Origin: a virus | Lineage: Duplodnaviria > Caudoviricetes | IMG/VR virus record: IMGVR_UViG_3300016667_000768 | Location: 1-43,385 of that record | Strand: one strand, 5' to 3' | DNA length: 43,385 nucleotides | Shown: piece by piece, positions 1 to 8,849 of the stretch | How positions within the stretch are numbered: the stretch's first letter is position 1 | How the letters are laid out: every line of letters starts with the position of its first letter | Notes under the pieces: model-generated | The model's database searches: none | Told to the model about the DNA's origin: nothing | The model's input: only the letters and a program-made list of their open reading frames with translations | Translations under genes and position numbers: made by a program

Positions 1-260
1 GTTATTTTCAACGATGCAAAATACTGCGCGTATTGTTGCTGGATAAAGTAAACAGATAAATCGGGAAATATCTGGGTAGTGATACTGTCGATGGCTGGTA
101 TTCCATAGTTAGCCCAGAATGGCGATTCTCCAAGGTTAAGCTGTAACACCTGACAGAGCGCCGTGATATAAACCGCGTCGTTATAGCCGTTGGCATCGGT
201 TTCATAGGCTGCCCAGGTGTATGTGCCATCGGTATTGTATTGCCTGCCCCATACGCGCAT
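1..260 (-). CDS. Baseplate wedge protein (gp25/gpW-like), 5' part; continues across the window junction
   Basis: Not in the ORF track. ATG at 260 reads MRVWGRQYNTDGTYTWAAYETDANGYNDAVYITALCQVLQLNLGESPFWANYGIP... open to base 1. It joins in frame with 43385..43277 to give 122 aa. It lies between spike and baseplate J and resembles the corresponding Bcep781-like protein. Confidence 0.85.
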   Translation of the reverse strand, partial: MRVWGRQYNTDGTYTWAAYETDANGYNDAVYITALCQVLQLNLGESPFWANYGIPAIDSITTQIFPDLSVYFIQQQYAQYFASLKI

Positions 261-439
261 TAGGTGAGCCCGCCGTTAATCAATCTGAAACTGTTTTTCA
301 GTTTTTCGCGCTCTAATGTTTGAGTTATTTTACTCAATTTATTCAGTTCAGCGGTTGATAATCGCCTATTGCGAGCGGCTTTTATCAGCCACCCGAGTTC
401 AGTGTTATCTTTTTGTATTTTGTCAATTTCTTCTCTCAT
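260..439 (-). CDS. Small basic hypothetical protein (59 aa)
   Basis: Manually translated MREEIDKIQKDNTELGWLIKAARNRRLSTAELNKLSKITQTLEREKLKNSFRLINGGLT*. ATGA overlap with the spike stop and TAATG overlap with the wedge start. Confidence 0.7.
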   Translation of the reverse strand: MREEIDKIQKDNTELGWLIKAARNRRLSTAELNKLSKITQTLEREKLKNSFRLINGGLT

Positions 440-1068
440 GTCACGCCCCCTGTGTTGCTTCCACCTGTCTGGACTCCACCGTGATGGTGGCTTATAAAAT
501 CCTTGCCCATTATTTTAACGCTTGACCCTTGAATATCAATCTCGCCATTTTTGTTAATCGTGATATAGCTGGAACCTGATTCCAGTTTTACCAAATCGCT
601 GTTAATCGTGACTTTTGAGTTACCTGCTTGATCTTGCAGTATCACGCCATCAGGACCGTAACACCACAACACATTTTTATCAGGTGTTTGCGCGAAGTTG
701 ATATTTACAATGGGCTGAAACGCCAATACAGCATTGAGATTGCCCGCATTACCGAAGCCAGCCACGCCCGGCAGTTTGCCGCAAATATGAAGTGTTGAAA
801 CGTCCGCAAACCGGGTCACACCCACATCCCCCACCTGGATGGGCAACCGAATATATTGTGATTGAAGAATGGGAATTGTGATAATCGGAAACTGGAAAGG
901 AGCCTCGCGAATCGAAAATTCTACGCTGACAAACAGCCCGTCGTCACTGATGGCTTTGACGGTACAAGGCAATTCCCACCCAATTTGCTCAAACTGGACG
1001 CCCGCCCGGTAGTCGATAGCCCCGGCCATGTTTTGCCCATAAGGTAACTTGCCCGCGTAATTTGTCAT
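436..1068 (-). CDS. Baseplate central spike (gpV/gp138-like)
   Basis: N-terminal OB-like region, beta-strand repeats and C-terminal HHHGGVQTGGSNTG iron-binding apex motif. Confidence 0.9.
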   Translation of the reverse strand: MTNYAGKLPYGQNMAGAIDYRAGVQFEQIGWELPCTVKAISDDGLFVSVEFSIREAPFQFPIITIPILQSQYIRLPIQVGDVGVTRFADVSTLHICGKLPGVAGFGNAGNLNAVLAFQPIVNINFAQTPDKNVLWCYGPDGVILQDQAGNSKVTINSDLVKLESGSSYITINKNGEIDIQGSSVKIMGKDFISHHHGGVQTGGSNTGGVT

Positions 1069-1409
1069 GGCGTGACCACTAACGTTTGATCTGCTGGAAA
1101 ATAGTAGAGCGTGGATCTTTTGAAATACCCGGCCACAATGTTTACGGGCTTGACGGTTGAATATGTAACTGTCTTGGCTGGCGTCTGAACATTTTCAGGA
1201 TCGGCCACTGTATAGGTATGCGCGTCAGGGTTTGCGCTGCCGATTAGCGGAAGCGTAAAAAGCCGATTACCGTACTGATCGGTCAGAGTTATGTAACTGC
1301 GCTGACCAAATACGTTAAACCCGATTACAGCCTGATACACCACTCCATCAAGCGTGAGGCTTAATTCAATGGCCCGGTTGTAGGTCAAAGGGATGCTATA
1401 TGTTGTCAT
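1065..1409 (-). CDS. Small baseplate protein
   Basis: Translationally coupled in the baseplate operon. FNVFGQRSYITLTDQ and NIVAGYF motifs resemble the small baseplate protein of this phage group. Confidence 0.7.
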   Translation of the reverse strand: MTTYSIPLTYNRAIELSLTLDGVVYQAVIGFNVFGQRSYITLTDQYGNRLFTLPLIGSANPDAHTYTVADPENVQTPAKTVTYSTVKPVNIVAGYFKRSTLYYFPADQTLVVTP

Positions 1410-2041
1410 TGTACTGCGCCCCCCGGTGTTCCAATAGTGCCTTGGTTGGCTATAACGTCAATCAATTGCCCAAGCTCACCCGAAGTATTTGGAAAGGTTA
1501 AGAGCGGCTGCATAAAATCCATTTGCCATGATACTTGGGGTTGATTGGTCTCGCCGCTGGAAACGTCCACAAAATTGGTTAATAGACAATTAGTGTAAAA
1601 ATAAGATGGGGTGAGCACTGAGAATGTGCCGCCCAGGCTTATGTGGTTCTCAATGACTTTTTGCAAAGCAATGAAGGTGGCAACCTTGATTGTAAAAGGG
1701 TTTTCGCCGGTGGCCGGACAATGCCCGAGCATGGAAACCCTGAGCGGTCGCTGAATCTGAGCATTAGCCGCGATCTGATTTGTATAAAATGGAAATTCTG
1801 ATACTTCCGATTCCCACAATGTCGAACCCGGTAGACTTCTCCACGTGAATAAGGGCTGGTTAAAATCCCGGATATTTCCGCCATTTAGAATCCCGCCCGC
1901 AAGCGTTCCAGCGGTTGAAAGTGCCTGCGTAATTGCGATTATGGGCACTCCGAGACTTGAGATATCACGGAAAAGGCCTCCCGTAAATATGATGGGGGAC
2001 CACGAATAAGCAAGGGTGAAAGCTGACTGGTTCGCGTTCAT
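1406..2041 (-). CDS. Baseplate / tail-tube initiator (Dit-like) protein
   Basis: Position in the operon plus FPFYTNQIAANAQI and GGTFSVLTPSYFYTNCLL motifs. Confidence 0.7.
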   Translation of the reverse strand: MNANQSAFTLAYSWSPIIFTGGLFRDISSLGVPIIAITQALSTAGTLAGGILNGGNIRDFNQPLFTWRSLPGSTLWESEVSEFPFYTNQIAANAQIQRPLRVSMLGHCPATGENPFTIKVATFIALQKVIENHISLGGTFSVLTPSYFYTNCLLTNFVDVSSGETNQPQVSWQMDFMQPLLTFPNTSGELGQLIDVIANQGTIGTPGGAVQ

Positions 2042-3162
2042 TGTTCTATCTCGACGGGTTCGCCTATGCTGACCTGCCCTTCAGGTAGTTTTTCAGGTTC
2101 CGGGTTCACTCGGTAAGCCGAGGAGGCATCCACATACGTGGCCCATCCGGTCGGGGATTGATCACGGAAACGGCCCACATGCCGGACCTGCTGAACCGCA
2201 AGGGGTCCGCCTGATGGGCTCACAAGCAGGAACCGCCCCGCCGATATATAAGCAGGGCTGGCGGTTGTGGGTAGGTTTCGAGGGTATTGGACGTTGAACC
2301 CGAGATTTATATCCGCCCGCATTGGGTGAACCGATTGTAAAAACCCTTGAGCGTTCAGCCAGGTAGGCTGGCCTATAAAATCCTGAGGCTGTAGATTGAT
2401 CGCGCCCTGCGAGATAGTGCCGTCCCACGCTAAAACGGTTTTAGAGCCAGGCAGATAAGTCAACGACACGCCCAGATACCCTTGAAAGTTACCGCCTTGC
2501 CCATTGCGTCGGTAGTTTGCGGGGTCCACAACCGATAAACTCAATTGGTTTATTAACTCACTAAATCCTTGAAAGCTGTAACGAACGTCAACAATAGGAT
2601 TATCTGGTGTGACCTCTGTCTTTGGGCTGATAATACCAGTGACGGTTATCCCTTGGGGGCTGAACGTGTTCTGAATGGCTTCCAGCAAGGTTTTAGCGTT
2701 ACCTTCCCCACCCCATTTGAATTGATACGGAAACGGCGAACCGGGCCCGGTGTTGGCTGAATAATTCAGGTCTGGTGAGCCAAACTCAATAGACGGTAAT
2801 AACAGAAAATCCAGCACCATGTCTGTGCCAAGCCAGTTGGCAAAACAGTTCTGGACTTGCCCGTATCCGATTAGCCCCGCCTGGTCGGGATTGGCCAGGG
2901 GCAAGCCTCGCTTAAACCCGCCGCGAATCTCACACGCGCACCCGTTGTACTGGCGGGCATAGCGGATCATGTCCAGCGTAGGATTATGGATTCTTAGGTG
3001 GGTCTGAGACGCAAACACATGGCCCCAAGCGTTAATTATTTCGAACTCAACTTCTAGGCATCCCGGATTAAATAACCCGTTTTCATCGTGCGAAGAAAAC
3101 CGGACCGGAATGCTTAGCTTTCGGTCATCGGTGGGGGTAAACGTGATGGCGTAATAACGCAT
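2038..3162 (-). CDS. Baseplate hub protein (gp27-like)
   Basis: MRYY start and GGFKRGLPLANPDQAGLI, DFIGQPTW, MRADI and VRHVGRFR motifs typical of Bcep781-group hub proteins. Confidence 0.8.
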   Translation of the reverse strand: MRYYAITFTPTDDRKLSIPVRFSSHDENGLFNPGCLEVEFEIINAWGHVFASQTHLRIHNPTLDMIRYARQYNGCACEIRGGFKRGLPLANPDQAGLIGYGQVQNCFANWLGTDMVLDFLLLPSIEFGSPDLNYSANTGPGSPFPYQFKWGGEGNAKTLLEAIQNTFSPQGITVTGIISPKTEVTPDNPIVDVRYSFQGFSELINQLSLSVVDPANYRRNGQGGNFQGYLGVSLTYLPGSKTVLAWDGTISQGAINLQPQDFIGQPTWLNAQGFLQSVHPMRADINLGFNVQYPRNLPTTASPAYISAGRFLLVSPSGGPLAVQQVRHVGRFRDQSPTGWATYVDASSAYRVNPEPEKLPEGQVSIGEPVEIEQ

Positions 3163-5033
3163 TAACCCGCGCCCGCAAAGCGTTTAGATTGGACGGTAAC
3201 ATCAGCGTTTGTAGACCTATTTTGAACTGTCACCCGTACCTGCCTATCCATTGGGTATGTCGTGGTTTGATTCAATGGCAAGCGCTCAGCTTCGCGCCGA
3301 TACGCGTGAACCCGGTTCAAGTATGTTCTAGTTTCATTCGGCAAATGTTCGCGCCAGTTTTCTCCATACTTTAACACGCGCCCCTCACCCCAATTATACG
3401 AGGCAATTGCTTTGTCTTCGTCACCCCGAAACATGCCTATCAAGTCGTGCATATAATGCCCCATGCCGCCGATGGATTGGCGGGGGTCCCTTGGATCAAT
3501 GTTGTATCTGGCCGCTGTCGCTGGCATAAATTGAGCAATTCCAATCGCCCCGGCTGGTGATTTTATTCGCCCGCTCACCACGCCTGGAGTAAAGTTAATA
3601 CTTTCCTGTTTTGCCATTGCCCACAACAAACGGGGATCAACGCCCCATTTTTTACCGGATTCGGCAAAAAACTGAAGGTATTCAGCCCCCCTGAGCTCAC
3701 CTACCCTTTGCGGCATCTTTTCAGCCGGTTGTAATCCTTCATTAGGGTTTGTCGGGATTGGTTCAACCGCTGCATTAGCCGTTGAGATAGGTGATATTCC
3801 GAGCAGTTTGGCCGCTGTCGAGTTGGAGAATTCAATGAGCATCTTTCCTGCTATGCTCATATTGTCTTCAAATTTTTGGAATATCTTATCAAATTGACCG
3901 CTCAAAAATTCGGTCATTTTATTAAATAATGACTCGCCCGCTTTTTTGATTCCGTCTATAGCGTCAAAAAATCCTTTTTTTATAACGCTGAAAAAGTTCT
4001 CCCAATTACCTGTTTTGAATGCCTCGTTGAACTTGGACAAGTAGTTAGCCGCTTGTTTTACTAGATCAATAAAACCGCCTTTTGCTGGTCCGAGTTTTTC
4101 ATAAAGTATCGTCGCCAATTCCTTTATAGGTTGTAAAATAGGTAGCAGGGCATTCATTATGCCGGTCTCTATTTTAATTCGAGATATGCCCATTTTGGCC
4201 GCGAATGACTGCCATTCCTGCGGGTTTTCAAGTTGCGTGGCTTCTCGCGCTTCACGCTCTTGCTGCTGAATCGCCTTAATTCTTTCAGGCCCCAGGTTTC
4301 TGACCCGCGTAACGTCCGTGATCGCACCCGGCATACCGAACGCCTCAAGCATTGTAGCGGTCGCGCCCATGGGCATCGTGCTCAATTCTTGAAGGAGTTT
4401 TGTGTACCGCTCCAAAAGATCCACCATTGTTGCGCTTTTTGCCTGATCGGGGCTTAAGCCCATCCGGGACATAAGCAACGAGCCCGGTTTCTCACGTTCC
4501 GCCGCGAGGCTTTCCGTTACTGACCCCACGTCGAATATCTGACCGTATGTTGCTTGTAATCGGGGTATCTCATTAGGCCCAAGGCCCAAGGCCGTGCCAG
4601 TATAGGCCCGTTGTGATACGGTCTGAGCTGATTTGATTATGCCCGCGAGGGTAATCATTCCGGCCATACTGGATATCAGGCCGCCCGCACCAACAATAGT
4701 TTTTGTGAGGCTGACAAACGCGCCGCTGAGTTTCTTGCCTGCATCGAAAACCATGGAACCAGTAAACCGGACAAGACCCGCGCTGAATTTAGATACTGAA
4801 TCGGTTGCAATTTTCATTGACTTTGAAAACGCTTCTGATTGTTCGATGGCTTTACGGTTTTGCGCTTGAGCGGCAGGACTTGCCCCGCCGCCTGCGCTTA
4901 CTATCCGGCCAACACCACCTGCGCTTTTGAGTTCTGACATGCTTTGCTTGAAAGCTTCCAGCTCACGCTGAAGCGCTTTGAAAGCATCGTCCTTAACATC
5001 AATCTCTAAAACGCTGGTAATATCAGCCATCAT
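3162..5033 (-). CDS. Tape measure protein with C-terminal lytic transglycosylase (SLT) domain
   Basis: Helical Ala/Gly-rich N-terminal part. SLT motifs KQES, GAIGIAQFMPATA, ASYNWGEG and ETRTY. Follows the tail chaperone. Confidence 0.9.
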   Translation of the reverse strand: MMADITSVLEIDVKDDAFKALQRELEAFKQSMSELKSAGGVGRIVSAGGGASPAAQAQNRKAIEQSEAFSKSMKIATDSVSKFSAGLVRFTGSMVFDAGKKLSGAFVSLTKTIVGAGGLISSMAGMITLAGIIKSAQTVSQRAYTGTALGLGPNEIPRLQATYGQIFDVGSVTESLAAEREKPGSLLMSRMGLSPDQAKSATMVDLLERYTKLLQELSTMPMGATATMLEAFGMPGAITDVTRVRNLGPERIKAIQQQEREAREATQLENPQEWQSFAAKMGISRIKIETGIMNALLPILQPIKELATILYEKLGPAKGGFIDLVKQAANYLSKFNEAFKTGNWENFFSVIKKGFFDAIDGIKKAGESLFNKMTEFLSGQFDKIFQKFEDNMSIAGKMLIEFSNSTAAKLLGISPISTANAAVEPIPTNPNEGLQPAEKMPQRVGELRGAEYLQFFAESGKKWGVDPRLLWAMAKQESINFTPGVVSGRIKSPAGAIGIAQFMPATAARYNIDPRDPRQSIGGMGHYMHDLIGMFRGDEDKAIASYNWGEGRVLKYGENWREHLPNETRTYLNRVHAYRREAERLPLNQTTTYPMDRQVRVTVQNRSTNADVTVQSKRFAGAG

Positions 5034-5160
5034 TCAATCCTGAATATCGGTTCCTGAAGTGTAGAGCATTGTGATATTCACCCGCGCCAATTGCCTGCAT
5101 CAGTTCAGAAAAATAATAAACTTTGACCGCGTGGATTAAATCCCGAACGAAAGAGGGGGG
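5023..5160 (-). CDS. Putative -1 frameshift extension of the tail assembly chaperone (GT-like)
   Basis: Open -1 frame (PPSFVRDLIHAVKVYYFSELMQAIGAGEYHNALHFRNRYSGLNDG*) bridges the chaperone and tape measure. In-frame heptamer C CCC CCT at 5160..5154. Confidence 0.6.
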   Translation of the reverse strand, partial: PPSFVRDLIHAVKVYYFSELMQAIGAGEYHNALHFRNRYSGLNDG

Positions 5161-5660
5161 CTCGGTGTGGTAGGTTCTGCCGCTGTCGGTGTCGTCGAGG
5201 AACTCCATAACTCCATAGCACTTGATGACGAAAGTTCCAAGTTCAAAGCAGTCTTGATCAAAGCCAGCCAAGAACGAAACTGACTCGGGAATAAGTGACG
5301 ACGAAAAACAATAAAAAAAAGAATCTTGCTCAAGATTTCATTTTTGACATCTTCAGAAACGTCAGCAATATCAAAAAGCTGAGGCTGTCCCGTATATACA
5401 TACGTACCACCCCGGATCGTGGAAAGAATGTCTTCCGCTTCTTTTTGCTTGCCCATGTTTTCGGCAACCTCTTTGAATATAGAGGTCATCAGTACCGGAC
5501 TAGGGTTTTTCATCGACGAAATGTCGTCGTAGACTTCCCGGAAAAATTTCCAGTTGACTTCGAATACCGAGGTCGGCAATGGAGTGTTGTGAGCAATTAT
5601 TGCGTTACCATCTTCATCAGTTAACTTGATGATGATATTTAGATTCTTGTCGATTTTCAT
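5136..5660 (-). CDS. Tail assembly chaperone
   Basis: Located between tail tube and tape measure, with a Ser/Thr/Pro-rich tail before the stop. Confidence 0.75.
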   Translation of the reverse strand: MKIDKNLNIIIKLTDEDGNAIIAHNTPLPTSVFEVNWKFFREVYDDISSMKNPSPVLMTSIFKEVAENMGKQKEAEDILSTIRGGTYVYTGQPQLFDIADVSEDVKNEILSKILFFIVFRRHLFPSQFRSWLALIKTALNLELSSSSAMELWSSSTTPTAAEPTTPSPPLSFGI

Positions 5661-5685
5661 TATTTCAATTCCCTAATTTGAAAGC

Positions 5686-5752
5686 ATCCCTGAGTTTGGT
5701 TAATCAGGCCGCAGGGATATCAGCTTTTCGGAGGCTATCCTAGATTAACCAA
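5686..5752 (-). promoter_or_regulatory. Structured cis-RNA element (10-bp stem, inner hairpins, pseudoknot) upstream of the chaperone
   Basis: TTGGTTAATC/GATTAACCAA perfect stem (5696-5705 and 5743-5752). The loop ATCCCTG is complementary to downstream CAGGGAT (5712-5718 and 5686-5692). Confidence 0.6.
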
Positions 5753-5758
5753 TTTTGT

Positions 5759-6205
5759 TTATATCAACGACCAAAGGTCATTATTGACATTCATTTGCCC
5801 GCTAATCATGAGCGTAAAATCAGCCTGTAAACCTGCCATGCTGATCTGATTCCAGTTAATGATCGCCGCGTTGTATATCTGGAACTTTGGCAGAACGTTT
5901 GTATCAGGAACAAGCGTGACATCACCCAGAATAGAACCGCTCTTGATTTTGTCAAGATAGGCCGCCGAGATTGCAAGCGATTTAATAACCGCCGAAGTTA
6001 TCTGTACGATCTGATAAGGTTCTTCGCTGTTTACAATCGTCGTCATTCCGGGAATCTGGGTTGTTACCTGCCCCTGTGGGGAAATGGTTAGGCCCTCTTT
6101 TGCCTGGAACTGAGCCGGAATGTTCAGCGAAGGAAACGCGGGAATGATGATCGACGCCCGGACCCGGTTAAGCGTGCCCGGTATTAAGTTGGGATTAGTT
6201 GCCAT
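5759..6205 (-). CDS. Tail tube protein
   Basis: 148 aa directly after the sheath; NPNLIPGTLNRVRAS and VNSEEPYQ motifs. Confidence 0.8.
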   Translation of the reverse strand: MATNPNLIPGTLNRVRASIIIPAFPSLNIPAQFQAKEGLTISPQGQVTTQIPGMTTIVNSEEPYQIVQITSAVIKSLAISAAYLDKIKSGSILGDVTLVPDTNVLPKFQIYNAAIINWNQISMAGLQADFTLMISGQMNVNNDLWSLI

Positions 6206-6214
6206 CTATATACC

Positions 6215-7612
6215 TCAAGCAAACTGGGTGACGTTAAGATTGAACACGATTGTTTCAAAACCGTACTGTGGCGTATAAGCAACCTGTAAACCGCCGTATA
6301 GCTGATTAGCATAGTCAGACGGATTTAAACTGACATACGTATCAAACGGAACCGCGTTGATTACAAAATTGCCATTGTACAAACCCAATCCCGCATTGGT
6401 GGCAAATGTGGTCGGGTCTAGGTTTACCTGTTGAACCTGACCAAGAGCAAGGCCAGAAGCAATAGCGCGATTAGCTACAACCGCAACCGCCTGTTGCAAT
6501 CTGTCAATACCGTTTTGGTTGTAATCAAGCGGGCTTATAAAATTATTACAGCCATTAATCACGGTCGCGGAAAGAGCCAAGTCAGACTCGATCTGCACCC
6601 AATCAATTGAGTAAGCCACATTTGCCGGTGAGCCATTGAGCTGCTTACCTGAGAATAGAATAGTATTACTGATTCCGCCCTCTGCCCCGGTTCCGATATA
6701 GTTGATATTGCCTGCCTGATAGGTTGCATTCAATGCCGCCGTCATTGGACTATAGGCCGTGACGCCTGCCAAATACCTATATTGGCTCGGAGGCAAGCGA
6801 TTGGTCGGACTAGGAACAAACGATGTCATATACTGAGCGAACGCAACTACATCCAGCTCGGTAGATACGTTTGCGCCTGGTGACTGGATCATAGCGAAAA
6901 CGTTTTTCAACGTGTCTTCTGAAGCCCACGCGCTGTACGTTGAAACTGTCACAGGCAGGTAGAACTTAAGCAACGCATCAAGTGTGTTGTGAAGCAGGAA
7001 GAATGCCCTAGCGTCTGTGTGATCTGCGTCAATACCCGGCAGGAATATCCAATTGTAAATAGTCTTGGGATAACTAGACAGATACGTACCCACCGAGGTC
7101 AAAACATCGGCGGGATCTGCTGTGCCAGTCTCGTAGACATAATATCCGGTGCCGATATTACCTTGCGCCCACCATTCTAGGTCCGCCGCTGACAGCCATA
7201 TTTGAGGCCCAAGCAAAACGGTTCCGAGCGTAGTTTCCGCGCCCGGATTGGTAGCAACCGCATAATGGAGGGTCGTGGTTGTGGCGGAGGTAGCTACGAA
7301 AGTTCCATTATAACCAGTTGGCGCGACCCCAGATACCTGAATAGTCGTGGTATCACCGACCGGGATACCGTGCGCGACGCTGGTTTCTATCGTCACGATG
7401 CCGGTTGTCCACGATATCGCGCTAACCGTATAGGCCGGTTTCAGGTACGTAGCCAGGTCGCCCGGAGCCGCAATGAATTGACGGCTGCCCGCGCTTATCG
7501 TGGTTCCGCCAATTGAAACTATCGCGGCAGTCTGTTGAAGTTTATCCGGCGACGGTGCGACCGTCTCCGAGACGTTAAATTGTACAATTCGATTGTATGA
7601 TGTTGCAGCCAT
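6215..7612 (-). CDS. Tail sheath protein (DUF3383-like)
   Basis: NYIGTGAEGGISNT, YSIDWVQI and LDYNQNGIDRLQ motifs; size and position fit. Confidence 0.88.
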   Translation of the reverse strand: MAATSYNRIVQFNVSETVAPSPDKLQQTAAIVSIGGTTISAGSRQFIAAPGDLATYLKPAYTVSAISWTTGIVTIETSVAHGIPVGDTTTIQVSGVAPTGYNGTFVATSATTTTLHYAVATNPGAETTLGTVLLGPQIWLSAADLEWWAQGNIGTGYYVYETGTADPADVLTSVGTYLSSYPKTIYNWIFLPGIDADHTDARAFFLLHNTLDALLKFYLPVTVSTYSAWASEDTLKNVFAMIQSPGANVSTELDVVAFAQYMTSFVPSPTNRLPPSQYRYLAGVTAYSPMTAALNATYQAGNINYIGTGAEGGISNTILFSGKQLNGSPANVAYSIDWVQIESDLALSATVINGCNNFISPLDYNQNGIDRLQQAVAVVANRAIASGLALGQVQQVNLDPTTFATNAGLGLYNGNFVINAVPFDTYVSLNPSDYANQLYGGLQVAYTPQYGFETIVFNLNVTQFA

Positions 7613-7621
7613 AAGTATTCC

Positions 7622-7921
7622 TTAGGTGTAGGAAACTGCGATAGTCTGACCGCTGCCCGGTTTAACCACGATTCCAGACGATGCCGGAAAATTGAGGGTA
7701 TACACGCCCACGGTTGCGGGGATTACAGCAAGCTGATTCGCGGTTGCGGCCGCCGCGACGGTTGCGGCATCGTGGATACTGCCAGCAGTTGAACTCGTGG
7801 CGATCACGGAGACTGTGACAACAAAACCATTCGCGGCTTTAACGACGGTATTTGCCGTGATGTTTAGGGCTCTTTTCTGAGCGGTTGAAAGTACGACGGC
7901 GGATAATGGACCTTGTGGCAT
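7622..7921 (-). CDS. Small beta-rich virion structural protein
   Basis: Ala/Val/Thr-rich 99 aa between neck genes and sheath, ending GIVVKPGSGQTIAVSY. Confidence 0.7.
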   Translation of the reverse strand: MPQGPLSAVVLSTAQKRALNITANTVVKAANGFVVTVSVIATSSTAGSIHDAATVAAAATANQLAVIPATVGVYTLNFPASSGIVVKPGSGQTIAVSYT

Positions 7922-7931
7922 TTCTTAACCT

Positions 7932-8849
7932 CTAAAGATTGGGAATAAGTGAAACGGGTAAAACTTTTTTGATATATTTTACAGCAATATCGTAGACGGC
8001 TGACTGATTATACGATACATCCAGCTCGATAAATTTTTGTTGAGCAATCACGTTCATCTCTGATTGTATCCGCTTGCCATCAGATACCCTAATGCCGGCT
8101 TGCATAATTCCAAAGCTGCCAGACAGGCTGGACTGAATTATATATTGAATATAATTCTGAACATCTTGATTAATGAGGCCATAACTAATTAGCCTGACAC
8201 GATCTTGCATGAGCTGATACGTGCGCCCGCAAACCTGAGCGGCTATTGGCTGAATGGCGGTTGTGTCCTTTTCCTGAATGTCGCAAACGATATAAGGCGG
8301 GGTCAGGTTTTCAGGCACCAAAAATGACGGATAGACCGGCCCAAAATCAGACAGAGCAAGCCAGACGGGCAGGCTATTCGATACTACAGGGGTCGGGGGC
8401 AGGTCGTTGGCTGATTCAATAATCTGGGTCCGCATTTCCGGATAGACAGCCTGACCCAGATAATGCCACAAGCCCGCCTGCTCGTACCTGTTTGCATGGC
8501 TGGAAAAGCCGAATTCAAAATCGGCCCACTGCCCAAGCCAGAGGGTATCAGGTTGAATATCGTTAAAATGTTGGACCTCAACCGAGGTTGTGAATACAAC
8601 GTTTTGGTATGCCTGCGTTTTGTCCAGTTCCTGTTTTTGATCGGTCTGATAGTGCAATGAGCCGCTGATAGTTATAGGCTCAATCGTTGCATCTTTGTAC
8701 CAAAATACGTAGCCATCGAACGGCAAAATCACGCGCCGGTAGGCAATGAATTCAATTACCTGGTCTTGATCTATAACCCGCAGCCCGGTATTGAGTACCG
8801 CCGCCAATGAGTTATTAGGAAAATTACCGGCCAGGTCGGACTCAATCAT
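7932..8849 (-). CDS. Neck / tail completion protein
   Basis: YRRVILPFDGYVFW, YEQAGLWHY and PVYPSFLVPENLTPPY motifs; neck-region position. Confidence 0.7.
   Translation of the reverse strand: MIESDLAGNFPNNSLAAVLNTGLRVIDQDQVIEFIAYRRVILPFDGYVFWYKDATIEPITISGSLHYQTDQKQELDKTQAYQNVVFTTSVEVQHFNDIQPDTLWLGQWADFEFGFSSHANRYEQAGLWHYLGQAVYPEMRTQIIESANDLPPTPVVSNSLPVWLALSDFGPVYPSFLVPENLTPPYIVCDIQEKDTTAIQPIAAQVCGRTYQLMQDRVRLISYGLINQDVQNYIQYIIQSSLSGSFGIMQAGIRVSDGKRIQSEMNVIAQQKFIELDVSYNQSAVYDIAVKYIKKVLPVSLIPNL

Noticed and set aside
8-229. 73-aa minus-strand ORF from the track
   Set aside because: Wrong frame. The overlapping frame from ATG 260 encodes the recognisable wedge protein.
5306-5320. T8 run in the chaperone gene as the frameshift site
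   Set aside because: It lies about 60 codons before the stop, inside a plausible coding segment (ILFFIVF). The site near the stop fits the usual architecture better, though this is not experimentally excluded.
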